Source: an uncultured Candidatus Binatia bacterium (lineage in GTDB: Bacteria > Desulfobacterota > Binatia > Bin18). From it: a DNA stretch of 64,000 bases. The stretch is from the NCBI GenBank assembly GCA_965214605.1, contig OZ243961.1:2304001-2368000 (forward strand), given 5' to 3'. Shown piece by piece: positions 38,629-48,480 of the stretch. A program made the translations under genes and the position numbers. The notes under the pieces were generated by a model. That model saw only the letters and a list, made by a program, of their open reading frames with translations. It had not been told where the DNA came from and did no database searches. The stretch's first letter is position 1; every line of letters begins with the position of its first letter.

Positions 38629-39785
38629 ATGACGAACAGAGCGAAGCTCACGATGGCGGGCGCGCGCGCCTTCGGACGGACGCGAGCACGTGCTGTGGGA
38701 CAGCGCCGCGCCGGATCTCGGACTGCGGGCGCGACCGAACGGGCGGAAGACTTGGATCGTGCACCGGCGCTGCAACGGCTCCGTCGTCAAGCGGACGCTC
38801 GGCGCGCTGACGATCAAGGACGCACGGCACGCGGCGCGTGTGCTGATCGCCGATGCCGAAGAGAAGGGCGCAGGCGGCGGTCCCGATGGTGCGGACGTTC
38901 GCGTCGGCGTTCCTTGCCGACTGCGCGGAACGCTGGAAGCCCGCGACGCGGGCCAACTACGTGAACAACGTGCGGCGCTGGATCCTGCCCGCGTTCGGCA
39001 ACCGCCCGGTCGATGCGATCGGTACGAAGGATGTGCGGCGCTGGTTCGACGGAATCGCGGCCACGCATCCCGGCTCGTCGAACTGGGCGCTGGCGTCGAT
39101 GTCGTCGATGATGAAGCACGCGGAGGCGTTCGGACTGCGGCGCGAGGATTCCAACCCGTGCAAGGGAATGCGGCGGCGCAAGACGGGCTTCGAGGCGCAC
39201 CACCTGACAGAAGACGAGTTCGCGGCGCTTGGGCGTGCGCTCGACGGCGCGGAAGCGGATCATCCGGTCGCCGTCCCCGTGGTGCGCTTCCTGCTCTACA
39301 CCGGCCCGTGCCGTCCTCGCGGCGCGGCAACGGCGCACCAACTGCCCCTGGGTGTTCGCGTCGCCCTGCGGCAGGCCTGCAACGGTGGACAGGGAATGGA
39401 GCGCGATTCGCGAAGCGGCGGGACTGCCGGCACTGCGCATTCACGATCTCCGGCACAGCCACGCGGCGGTCGCGGTCAACGGCGGCGAGGGGCTACGCGT
39501 CGTTGCTGGATTGCTCGGCCATGCCGACATCTGATCTGTGGAGGTTCTGGACGAAGGCCCGCGACGAGGCCGGAATCGTGGCGGATGCCCAGTTGCATGA
39601 TGCGCCATGCGCACGCTTCGCACGCGGTCATGAACGGCGAAAGTCTGCACGTCGCCGGACGCCTACTCGGGCATCGCCGGGCCACCACGACGAACCGGTA
39701 CGTTCATCTAAACGACGCGACGTTGAGCGAAGCCGCTGAGCGTGTGGCGGTGGCGCTCAAATCCAAGCTTCAATCCCCCAACTGA
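38629..39785 (+). pseudogene. Frameshifted, internally deleted tyrosine integrase(s)
   Basis: LWDSAAPDLGLR, RFLLYTG and LRIHDLRHSHA..LLGHAD, then a second box II (HAHASHAVMNGESLHVAGRLLGHRRATTTNRYVHL). Confidence 0.85.
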
Positions 39786-39789
39786 ATGA

Positions 39790-40788
39790 GTGACGTATAC
39801 GATGAAGAACAATCCGCTCCCGCGACTAGATTCATCTCCCGAACTGAGGAGAAGGTTATTGCCCTATTGCCGTCTCAAGTTGGGCGAAATATGGACTGAT
39901 CCCGTGTGCGGACACCGGGTGGGATGCCTTGATGCGGCGAATCATCAACATGTATCGCAAATTATGACTGAAGAGCAAGCGCAATTGGCCATTCAGGACC
40001 CACCGTACAATGTAGCTGCATTCGAGAGAATGTCATTAGAAGAGTACGTTCAATGGTGTCGAACATGGGTATCTCATACGTTTAGCGTGTTGGCAGAAGA
40101 TTCTTCGCTGTACGTTTGGCTTGGTGCGGATCAGAATAATGGATTCCAGCCACTGCCTGATTTCATTTTGATGATGAGAGACCACGCATTTTCTCCAAGA
40201 AGCATGATTACCATGAGAAATCAACGCGGCTATGGCACTCAGAACAATTGGATGGCAGTTCGTCAAGAGCTACTTTACTACATCAAGGGAAAACCACAGT
40301 TCAATGTTGATGCGGAATATACGGATATTCCGAAGATACTTAAAGGTTACTACAAGAAGATAAACGGAAAAACCACTGAGAATTTGGAGCGAAGCCGTTC
40401 TGACACAATCAGGGCTGGCAATGTTTGGGTCGATATACAACAAGTATTTTATCGCATGGAAGAAAATGTTTCCGGCTGTTACGCCCAGAAGCCGATAAAG
40501 TGTATCGACCGAATAATTCGAGCTAGTTCATCTCCCGAAGATTTAGTGATCGATTATTTTGCGCATTCAGGAACGACCCTAATCGCAGCGGATTTGCTTG
40601 GGCGAAAATGCTACACACTGGATGTTGACCCGATATACACGGAGATAGTAATTCGCCGTCTTGAGAGAATGCGCGCCACAGGAAAGGCCGGATGGCAGAA
40701 CGGACATCCATTTGAGAGCGACGCACCTGATTTGGCTCGGGCGCCGGAAACGATCAATGAAACCAGCATTCAAGAATCACTATTCTAA
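39790..40788 (+). CDS. Beta-class amino (N6A/N4C) DNA methyltransferase
   Basis: DPPY motif IV precedes QKP and DYFAHSGTT motif I. Confidence 0.92.
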   Translation: MTYTMKNNPLPRLDSSPELRRRLLPYCRLKLGEIWTDPVCGHRVGCLDAANHQHVSQIMTEEQAQLAIQDPPYNVAAFERMSLEEYVQWCRTWVSHTFSVLAEDSSLYVWLGADQNNGFQPLPDFILMMRDHAFSPRSMITMRNQRGYGTQNNWMAVRQELLYYIKGKPQFNVDAEYTDIPKILKGYYKKINGKTTENLERSRSDTIRAGNVWVDIQQVFYRMEENVSGCYAQKPIKCIDRIIRASSSPEDLVIDYFAHSGTTLIAADLLGRKCYTLDVDPIYTEIVIRRLERMRATGKAGWQNGHPFESDAPDLARAPETINETSIQESLF

Positions 40789-40799
40789 AGGTTACCGCC

Positions 40800-41519
40800 A
40801 TGGAGCATCTAAAGAATGAACTTGATCTGCTCTTGTCGGAACTGCCGAATGAAGAAGAGTTTAGGCGAATGCTCGATAGCCTCGTCTCGGTTTATCCATT
40901 CAATGAATATGAGTACATCATATCGAATTTGATTGCCGCAGAAATACTGACGCTAGATCGATATGTAGAACTGCGAGACGAATACATTGAACGGAATCTC
41001 TATTTGTATATTTTCGAAATTAGCGCTCCTCGCACTTTTGGAGAATCTTGGGCGCAAGGACATGTCAAGGAACTTGTGCCCAATGTTAGAAAGCCGTCAA
41101 AGAAGATAGACCGCAACTACTCTGGCCAATATGATCTATATTTAGAGGGGATTCGTATCGAAGTTAAAGCGTCGCGTGCCGTTGATGCCAAGTTGGATGC
41201 ACCGCTCTACGTCAAGGCGCTGTCGTCTGATTCGAAGAAGCCGTTTGGGATGAATTTTCAGCAGGTGAAGCCAGACTGCTGTGATGTATTTATTTGGATT
41301 GCCGTTTGGCGAGATGTTATTCGGTATTGGGTGCTGTCATCCAATGAAGTGGAGTCCAATCGACATTATTCGAAAGGTCAACATCGCGGGAATGTTGGTG
41401 AGGGCCAGTTGCATGTTAGGCACGACAACATCATGGAATTTGAAGATTACAGAGCGAAGCCGAATAAACTTGAGGAAGCGATCCGGCTAGCATATGACCG
41501 ACAACGAAACGCCAAATAA
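40800..41519 (+). CDS. Putative type II restriction endonuclease
   Basis: PD-(D/E)XK-like YDL....IRIEVK and NFQQVK motifs; lies directly after the MTase and shares its low GC. Confidence 0.75.
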   Translation: MEHLKNELDLLLSELPNEEEFRRMLDSLVSVYPFNEYEYIISNLIAAEILTLDRYVELRDEYIERNLYLYIFEISAPRTFGESWAQGHVKELVPNVRKPSKKIDRNYSGQYDLYLEGIRIEVKASRAVDAKLDAPLYVKALSSDSKKPFGMNFQQVKPDCCDVFIWIAVWRDVIRYWVLSSNEVESNRHYSKGQHRGNVGEGQLHVRHDNIMEFEDYRAKPNKLEEAIRLAYDRQRNAK

Positions 41520-42121
41520 CGAGACCGCGCTGGTATGGCTAGCAGTTGACGTACAGTGAGGCAGTGCCGTGTCCTGGATAGTCAGTGGTGCAAGCGGTCA
41601 AGCAAGAAGTTGGCTTGGAATTCGGGGTAATATAAAGCATTGTAAGAAAAGGAGAAATTAAGGCTTGGTTGGAGTAATAGGAGGAGTACGTTAGGGCATC
41701 AACGATGCGTGACGTGCCGAAGGGCGTCGCTTACGCGCTTCCTTCCTGCCAAACGGTCGGGAAAAGAAAGCCGTTCTGCAATCGGCACTTAGCCCGAGCG
41801 GCGCTTGAGCGCCCGCGCCCGCCGCGCACTTGATGAAACAGTTCCCAAACCGCTGCGCGGCTTCCGAGTACCACTATAGGAAACACGAGGTAACAAAGCA
41901 ATGCATGGGAACGCATACATGGGCAACGTCATTCACTCGGCCCGTACTGTCGGCGGCGGTGCGGGCTTGACCGTCATCCGTCGGGCAGCTGCTGTCGCAC
42001 CTGGTCCCGCAGCGTATCGGCGGGCCGGGCCCACGTTACCGCTCAGCAGAGTTGCTGCCGGACGTGACGCCGCGCCGGTCGCGTCGCTTACAGCGCGTAA
42101 TGTGGCGCGCTACACTGGAGC

Positions 42122-42390
42122 ATGAGGGTCAGGCACAAGGGACTGCGGGCGCTGCACGAGCGCGACGCCGACGCGCGGCTACTTGCCGGTTTAGTGCCAC
42201 GGCTCCGGCGCATCCTGTTCCGGCTGCACGAGGCGACGCAGCCGCGCGATGCCGCCGTGCCGGGCTTCGGGCTGCACCTTCTGAAGGGCGACCGCGCGGA
42301 CTGGTGGAGCGTCGGCGTCTCCGGCAACTGGCGGTGTGGTGTTCCGCTTCGAAGACGGCGAGGCCGTGGATGTGTAGCCCTGCTCGACTA
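42122..42390 (+). pseudogene. higB: Frameshifted HigB toxin
   Basis: RHKGLRAL...PGFGLHLLKGDRADWWSVGVSGNWR; the expected VFRFEDGEAVDV tail lies in another frame. Confidence 0.8.
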
Positions 42391-42416
42391 TCACTGGCAG
42401 AAGAGGACCGCTGACC

Positions 42417-42713
42417 ATGAACGACAGAGCGAATGATCGCGTCGGTCCGATGCTGAACCCGCCGCACCTGGGCGAACTCATCCGCGAGAGCATGGACGAG
42501 GTGGGGTGGAACGTGACGGAGACGGCGGCACGGCTTGGCTGCGCACGTGGAACGCTGCCGCGCCTGCTGAACGGCAAGGCGGGGGTGTCGGTGAACATGG
42601 CGCTGGAAGATGTCGGCTGGGGGACCGCCGCTCACTGGATGCGGATGCAGGCGAGCTACGAGCTTGCGCAGGCGCGCCGGGACCAGCATTGTGATTCGGG
42701 ACGCACTAACTGA
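42417..42713 (+). CDS. higA: HigA family antitoxin (paralog of 36834-37148)
   Basis: NPPHLGELIRESM..VGWNVTETAARLGC and WMRMQASYELAQ motifs. Confidence 0.88.
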   Translation: MNDRANDRVGPMLNPPHLGELIRESMDEVGWNVTETAARLGCARGTLPRLLNGKAGVSVNMALEDVGWGTAAHWMRMQASYELAQARRDQHCDSGRTN

Positions 42714-43990
42714 TGCGTCTGTCGTGGAACGAGGTCCGTGCTCGGGCCGCCGCCTTCGCCGATACCTGGCGGGACGCGGCCTACGAGAAGGGCGAGACGC
42801 AGAGCTTCTACAACGCCTTCTTCCGGGTGTTCGGAGTGCAGCGGCGGAGCGTCGCGCGGTACGAGGTGCGTGTCGCGAAGCTCGACAACCGTTCGGGCTT
42901 CATCGACCTATTCTGGCCGGGCGTGCTGCTCGTCGAGCAGAAGAGCGTCGGGCGCGACCTGAAGGCGGCCTATGCACAGGCCAGGGCGTATTGCGACGCG
43001 CTGCCCGAGCGCGAGCGCCCGCGCTTCATCCTGGTGAGCGACTTCCAGACCTTCGAGCTGCACGATCTGGACGAGCGGGAGGTGGTGACCTTTCCGCTCG
43101 CGGCCCTGCCTACGCATGTGGAGGCGTTCGGCTTCATCCTCGGCGTGCAGCGCCGGACGTTCCGGGACCAGGATCCGGCGAACGTCGAGGCCGCGGAGCT
43201 GGTCGGGCGGCTGCACGACGCGCTCGCCGCTGCCGGACACCGGGGGCATGATCTGGAACGCTTCCTCGCCGGTTCTCCGCCCCTATGGCGGTGCTCGCGA
43301 GTATCTTCAAGGCGGCGAGCGCTGGATTCTGGCCTTGCAGGACGCATCGCCGACGGTGTTGAAGTCTCTTCCTCGCGGGCGGGAGTGCCTGACCGCGGTT
43401 CGCCTTGTTCGGGCGAAGAGCAAGCGGAAGAGCACGTTGGCGATTGCCGATTACCCGACGCGGTACAATGTGGAATCCCCCCCGCGCCGTTTCTGGTCAT
43501 CCCGGAAGTGAGTTCGGAGCGGCGGGAGTATGTACCGATTGGTTGGCTGGAGCCGCCGATCATTCCGAGCAACCTCGTGAGGATTCTGGAGCACGCGACC
43601 TTGGCGGATTTTGGGCTGCTGACCTCGGCGATGCACATGGCGTGGCTGCGGCATATCGGTGGGTAGCTGGAAAGCCGCTACCGCTATTCCATCGGCCTCG
43701 TCTACAACACCTTCCCGCTGCCGCCCAAAGGTGCGGACCTGTCGAGACTAGAACCGCTCGCCCAAGCCGTGCTAGATGCCCGCGCCGCCCACCCGGATGC
43801 GACGCTCGCCGATCTCTACGACCTGGACCTGATGCCGCCGAACCTGCGCCGGGCGCATCAGGCGCTTGACCGCGCGGTGGACCGGCTCTACCGGCGCACG
43901 GGCTTCGCCTCCGAACGCGAGCGGGTCGAGCACTTGTTCCTGCGGTATGAGAAGATGCGACGCCTCTTGCGACGACGCGGCAGGCCAAGC
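42713..43990 (+). pseudogene. MmeI-like (type IIL) RM enzyme with the MTase core deleted and an internal stop
   Basis: N-terminus LSWNEVRARA, EKGETQSF, FIDLFWPGVLLVEQKS; C-terminus VSSERREYVPIG, SAMHMAW, YNTFP and ATLADLYD...LRRAHQALDRAVD; TAG at 43664; no MTase motifs in between. Confidence 0.85.
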
Positions 43991-44240
43991 CGAAACGCCG
44001 AAAGCGATCCTCCCGGTAATCTGCTTATTGGTATGATACCTCCGCAAATCAGCAATGCTCCAAATGGGAGGAGGGCATCTGTTCACTGGCAACAAGCGAG
44101 TTTGATGAAACCATGCAGAAACAACGGAAAAAGCGATTTGCGGACCGCTCACTTGAACTCTTCGATCTGCTTCAGCGCTTTGAGGCGGAGGCATCTTCTG
44201 AACCCAGCCACACGGCGCTTGGCGCGATCAAGAGATTGAG

Positions 44241-44500
44241 GGCAGGGCCGCGTCGTCGAGCGTGCCTACACGCCGGAGGAACGCGAAGCCCTTGGCGACA
44301 CCCTGTCCGCGCTTGGCGAGACGACATTCGACGTTTATGAATGGCCGCGCCTTCCGGCGGAATGTTCCCGCCGCCGTCTGGACCTACAAGCTCGGCGGTT
44401 ATCAGATGCTCAAGAAATGGCTCTCTTACCGTGAACGCGATATCCTCGGGCGCACGCTCTTACCCGACGGTATTTCACCGATACCGCACGGCGTATTGCA
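44241..44500 (+). pseudogene. Orphan 3' fragment of the type IIG/ISP-like RM gene (third copy)
   Basis: QGRVVERAYTPEEREALG...ETTFDV and NGRAFRRNVPAAVWTYKLGGYQMLKKWLSYRERDIL. Confidence 0.85.
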
Positions 44501-44530
44501 GCAATGTCGATAGAGGCTATGCCGAACGTC

Positions 44531-45787
44531 TCATGATCGACGCGACCAACCCGGAAACACCAGTGTCGAGGGGAGCGCTATTCGATCCGTTGAACTCAAC
44601 TGCTTTAGCCTACGCGAGCGCGCTTTTCCTTCGGGATTCAGAATCTCAAACTCCCCCTCCCCGACGAGTTGCAATACAATTCGGTCAAGATCTGAAAAGC
44701 AAGCAGCCGTTCGATTCGCAAGCATGTGCCGCAAGACATCCACGGTAACCGGTTGTTCGGACGCCAGCCCGAAAAGCTCTCTTGGAAGTGACTTCAAGAG
44801 TTGGCTTCTCATCTGCTCTGCGTCCCCTTCTTGAAATTGAAATAACTGAAGCGTTTCGGAGTCCCTCAACACGTCCCAGCCCAACATGTCGAAATCTCCA
44901 GGGCCATAATGTTCGAACGTGTTTTGAATAGCCCAATGCCGCTGAACCATTACATCGCGCGCGGTTGGGTGCCTTGACAGATGAAGAAACCATAAGGCGC
45001 GGCGCGATTGCTCCGGACGAATGAAAAATGGTGTGTCGTAAACTGCCCCGGTGAAAATGCGTACATGTTCGCGCAATGCTCTCTGAACGAGAGGTCTTCC
45101 GCCATACCCGTCCCTATGCTGGATTAGCTCACGTATCTGAGTGTCGGTCAGCTGGATCGGGGAGACCGCTTTGGCCATTTGCGGCGTCTCCGACAGAAGG
45201 TTGACGAGAGTATCTGCGGCAAACGTCAATATGACTTCGGCCGCGGGCAATTCATTAAAAATACGAGAGACGAGCGCCAGTTTAACTTGAGAAAAACCAG
45301 TTTGGTCGAGTAGGAAAATTGCTCGTCCAGCACGAGGCTGACGTCGTCGAATTGAAATGAGAATATCTTCTATCTCATCTTTGAAAAGACCATTTCGGAC
45401 AACAATTCTATCGTCATCGACTTTGTGGCCACGCTCCGCTAAAACCTTCCGAAGATGATCCGTGTGAGCTTCTTCCTTGTCAACGAAATAGAACTTGCAG
45501 TCAATGTGTAGCCGCTTGACACGCTTTCGGTTTAGCCTGTTCTTCGCTTTCTCTGTTTCCTCCAGCATAATCAATGGCGTGCCGGAAAGAACGGAATTTT
45601 CGTCGAGAAACGTCCCCCCTCCGGCGAAACCATCTATGAGGTCAAGTTTGAATTCCTCACGCCGTGGATCGACATTCAACCTGTCGAAATACGCTCTCAG
45701 ATAACTACGCAGTACGTTCAGCTTTGCTTTGCTGTGAGCTTCGATGGACGGTGGAGCCTCGTTAGGATGCCAATTGAAGACGGCCAT
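44531..45787 (-). CDS. Three-Cys-motif partner protein TcmP (SAM-dependent methyltransferase-like)
   Basis: HSKAKL.VL..YL, IDGFAGGG, GTPL and FLLDQTG motifs; lies downstream of DUF5131. Confidence 0.8.
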   Translation of the reverse strand: MAVFNWHPNEAPPSIEAHSKAKLNVLRSYLRAYFDRLNVDPRREEFKLDLIDGFAGGGTFLDENSVLSGTPLIMLEETEKAKNRLNRKRVKRLHIDCKFYFVDKEEAHTDHLRKVLAERGHKVDDDRIVVRNGLFKDEIEDILISIRRRQPRAGRAIFLLDQTGFSQVKLALVSRIFNELPAAEVILTFAADTLVNLLSETPQMAKAVSPIQLTDTQIRELIQHRDGYGGRPLVQRALREHVRIFTGAVYDTPFFIRPEQSRRALWFLHLSRHPTARDVMVQRHWAIQNTFEHYGPGDFDMLGWDVLRDSETLQLFQFQEGDAEQMRSQLLKSLPRELFGLASEQPVTVDVLRHMLANRTAACFSDLDRIVLQLVGEGEFEILNPEGKARSRRLKQLSSTDRIALPSTLVFPGWSRRS

Positions 45788-46526
45788 GATCGCTTGTTCC
45801 CGTTGGGTGGTGTGGCATCGCGTTGTGCTCGATTCCCTCAAATAAACGTCCGCCCGCCTTCGGAGTCGGCCCGCCCCACTGCTTGAAAAAGAACGGCACT
45901 CCGGCTCGGGCACAGCGGTCCCGGATGTCACGGACCCACTCGGGCCGCATGGGCCGGGCCCGTGGGCCGCTCTCACCGCCAACGATGACCCACGAAATAC
46001 CTTCCAGACCGATGTTTCCTACAGGACCGAGAAGCGGCTCAATTGATAGGAAGCGCACAGCGGCCGGGGCCGTCCGAAGATGTCGGATTCTGGCGCTTGC
46101 CTTGTGATCCTCCACCGACACGCCGCACCAAATATGGTTAGGTGCCATTTTACCGGGATACCGGTGGCGCAGGTAATCCCTCATCAGTGAGCTGCGCTTC
46201 GTCAGAACCTGATAGACGTGCCTGTCCACCGTTTCCATAGTCTCGAACACTTCGTCAACAAACCGACGGTCCACTCCCTTGTGAAACAGATCGCTCATCG
46301 AATTGACGAAAATCATGCGCGGCTTGCGCCATCGGGCAGGTTGATTCAGACGCGATGGCCACAAGCGAAGGTCGAAGCCCTGCTCGTAAGGATGTCCCGC
46401 AACACCGCGCCATCGCTCCGCAAAGCGCTCCGCATAGCAATTATCGCAACCGCGCGTGATCTTTGTGCAGCCGGTCACGGGATTCCAGGTTGCGTCGGTC
46501 CATTCAATGGCTGATTTGTTGGCCAT
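45762..46526 (-). CDS. DUF5131 / phage Gp37-Gp68 family protein (radical-SAM-like Cys cluster)
   Basis: IEWTDATWNPVTGCTKITRGCDNCYAE, FVNSMSDLFH, LTKR, FLSIEPLLG, WVIVGGESG and FFFKQWGG motifs. Confidence 0.93.
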   Translation of the reverse strand: MANKSAIEWTDATWNPVTGCTKITRGCDNCYAERFAERWRGVAGHPYEQGFDLRLWPSRLNQPARWRKPRMIFVNSMSDLFHKGVDRRFVDEVFETMETVDRHVYQVLTKRSSLMRDYLRHRYPGKMAPNHIWCGVSVEDHKASARIRHLRTAPAAVRFLSIEPLLGPVGNIGLEGISWVIVGGESGPRARPMRPEWVRDIRDRCARAGVPFFFKQWGGPTPKAGGRLFEGIEHNAMPHHPTGTSDHGRLQLAS

Positions 46527-46569
46527 GCGATCTGCCCGCCGGGTGGTCCTTGCCGTTACGTCAAGTTGT

Positions 46570-46735
46570 CTATAGCACTACCAACATCGCTCCAGCAATG
46601 ATGCCCCCGACCTGCTCCGCCGCTTCGACGAGGGGCGCGTCGGCAAGATGGGCGTAACCCGCCAGCGTGCGATGGTGTCGATGACCGAGCAGCTTGCCTA
46701 CCAGGGGCAGGTTCTCACCGGACATGACCGCACGG
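46570..46735 (-). pseudogene. Tyrosine integrase C-terminal remnant
   Basis: AVMSGENLPLVGKLLGHRHHRTLAGYAHLADAPLVEAAEQVG. Confidence 0.8.
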
Positions 46736-47029
46736 CATCGAACACAAGAAACCGCCGGCTGACAACCTCCGCGGGAATCCCGCGTACGGGTATTGAGCTG
46801 CCCCCCACGAGGCCGGGCAAGTGGCGTTTTGAGATTGAGAACCGGCTGGTCTTCGAACTTGCGGAAGACGAGTCGGCGAACCGCATTTAGCGCGTCAAGA
46901 GCTGTTCGCACCAGGGATCGAACTTGCCGATACGGAGTCAGAGTTTACGATGCCTCCTGCGGCGGTGACTGCAGCGGATTTCCAGCAGATCCTATGAGGA
47001 CATCGGAACGTCGGGTCGTTGCAAGTCTA

Positions 47030-47300
47030 CAGCTCTCGCATCCGCTCTCGCGCAACGTTTGGCTCAACCCGCCGGAATGGGTGGACTAGATCGACGAGCC
47101 GGTTCCCGATTATCCCAAGCGCCCGGCCACCCGCGACGAGACGGCGGGGGAACTCAAGAAGCGCTCGCTCACCAACCTCTGCCACGCCCGCCCGCAACGG
47201 CTCGCCGACACGCGACAGCGCGGTCTCGGCGGCTTATGGGTGGGATGCAGGGATTCCCCAAGAGGATGCTCTGCGGGAACTCCTGGCGCTCAATGGGAGT
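47030..47300 (+). pseudogene. 3' fragment of another type IIG/IIL-like DNA methylase gene
   Basis: WLNPPEWVD*IDEPVPDYPKRP...LKKRSLTNL and AV.AAYGW...EDALRELLALN, broken by a stop and a frameshift. Confidence 0.7.
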
Positions 47301-47799
47301 CAACCGTAGCTCCACGAGCGTCGCGACGGTCCTGCAGGTGCCTGAAGTTGATTGCGGACTGTGGATCCTTGCCAACGGCAGCAAGGTACAACTCCAGATC
47401 GACGGTGACCAATGGCGTCTCTGCGGAAATAGCTTCCAGCAGTGCGGCATCTGTCAACCCAAGTCGAACGAACGTGCGATTGCGAGAAGCGTCTGTACCG
47501 GTAATGTCGATCTCTTCGCTTTTCTCGATGAATTGACGGAACAAGCAGAAAAACTGAGAACGCTCCGGCTCTCCATGTTGAGCAAGCAGATTGGACGCTT
47601 CGGCAAGCGTGTGCGGCGTTACGAGCACACGATCAACTGGGCCGATCAGATTGACTAAGAGATCGTCCTCTTCGAATGTTCGCAATCGGCGATGCTTGGC
47701 AATCAACTTCCGTCCAGTTACACCGACAACGAGCAACACCAAGAGGTTCGTGTCTATGAACAGTCCGGTCCGTCGCACAAGCCTACGCCGGGTCGGCAA
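47290..47799 (-). CDS. PIN domain protein
   Basis: FIDTNLL, LAEASN, GLTDAA and VTVD form the acidic tetrad. Confidence 0.8.
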   Translation of the reverse strand: MPTRRRLVRRTGLFIDTNLLVLLVVGVTGRKLIAKHRRLRTFEEDDLLVNLIGPVDRVLVTPHTLAEASNLLAQHGEPERSQFFCLFRQFIEKSEEIDITGTDASRNRTFVRLGLTDAALLEAISAETPLVTVDLELYLAAVGKDPQSAINFRHLQDRRDARGATVDSH

Positions 47800-48073
47800 G
47801 AACTCGATCCGTTATTGATAGAATCTGGCCGTCACAGTCTTTAATGCGGACGATCTTGAAGGAACGCCTCCCGTGGACCGGCAGGCCCCCTAACGATGTC
47901 TCAAAGGCGTTTCCCGGCCGCTCCCAGGGCCTAAAGAAGCCGACGGTCACTTTCCACGTCTTCGATCCTTCATCGAAATCGATTTCCTCAAGGCCGATAT
48001 GAGTGATCTCCTCCTCGGCGAAAACGTCGGCAAGATAGTCCTTGGCCATACGGGCCGCTTTCTTTACGTCCAT
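47783..48073 (-). CDS. Small acidic protein, putative antitoxin of the PIN protein
   Basis: 96 aa, overlaps the PIN ORF; LEEIDFDE...W.VTVGF motif; GGAG RBS. Confidence 0.65.
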   Translation of the reverse strand: MDVKKAARMAKDYLADVFAEEEITHIGLEEIDFDEGSKTWKVTVGFFRPWERPGNAFETSLGGLPVHGRRSFKIVRIKDCDGQILSITDRVLADPA

Positions 48074-48168
48074 ATCTTTCTCCGTTGCACGACGGATTGA
48101 TGTCGCGGATGGCGGACCGTTGCAAGTCTAATCCCGGGCCTCGGCTAATTCGACGAACTCCTGTTGTC

Positions 48169-48480
48169 CTACGCTTGGTCGAGTTCTTTGCGCACTTCAA
48201 TGCTGTTCGATTGATCGAGGGAAGGAACGCCCATCCAAGCGGCGAAGCCTGTGGCGTCATGTTGAGGATGCTCTCGCAGAAAAGCGGTGGCGTCCGCTGC
48301 CAGGTCATAGTACGCCGCCACGTCATCGACAGTCGCCGGGTAAGCATACACCCCTCCGCTACATCTAAGTCGTACTCCAGGCAGCTTCCCGCGACGAATT
48401 GCTGCTCGGATCGCGCCAGTGGTCACGTCCATCACTTTAGCAAATTCACTGGCGGGCAGCCCCTTGCGCCGCGCAATCAT
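48169..48480 (-). CDS. Small HTH DNA-binding protein (excisionase/MerR-like)
   Basis: ASEFAKVMDVTTGAIRAAIRRGKLPG pattern. Confidence 0.45.
   Translation of the reverse strand: MIARRKGLPASEFAKVMDVTTGAIRAAIRRGKLPGVRLRCSGGVYAYPATVDDVAAYYDLAADATAFLREHPQHDATGFAAWMGVPSLDQSNSIEVRKELDQA

Noticed and set aside
38254-39462. 402-aa minus-strand ORF
   Set aside because: Antisense shadow of the GC-rich integrase pseudogene; Arg/Ser/Pro-rich and without motifs.
44010-44240. Short lower-GC patch with GNLL, vaguely like a DUF1524/HNH C-terminus
   Set aside because: Too short and degenerate to support a call.
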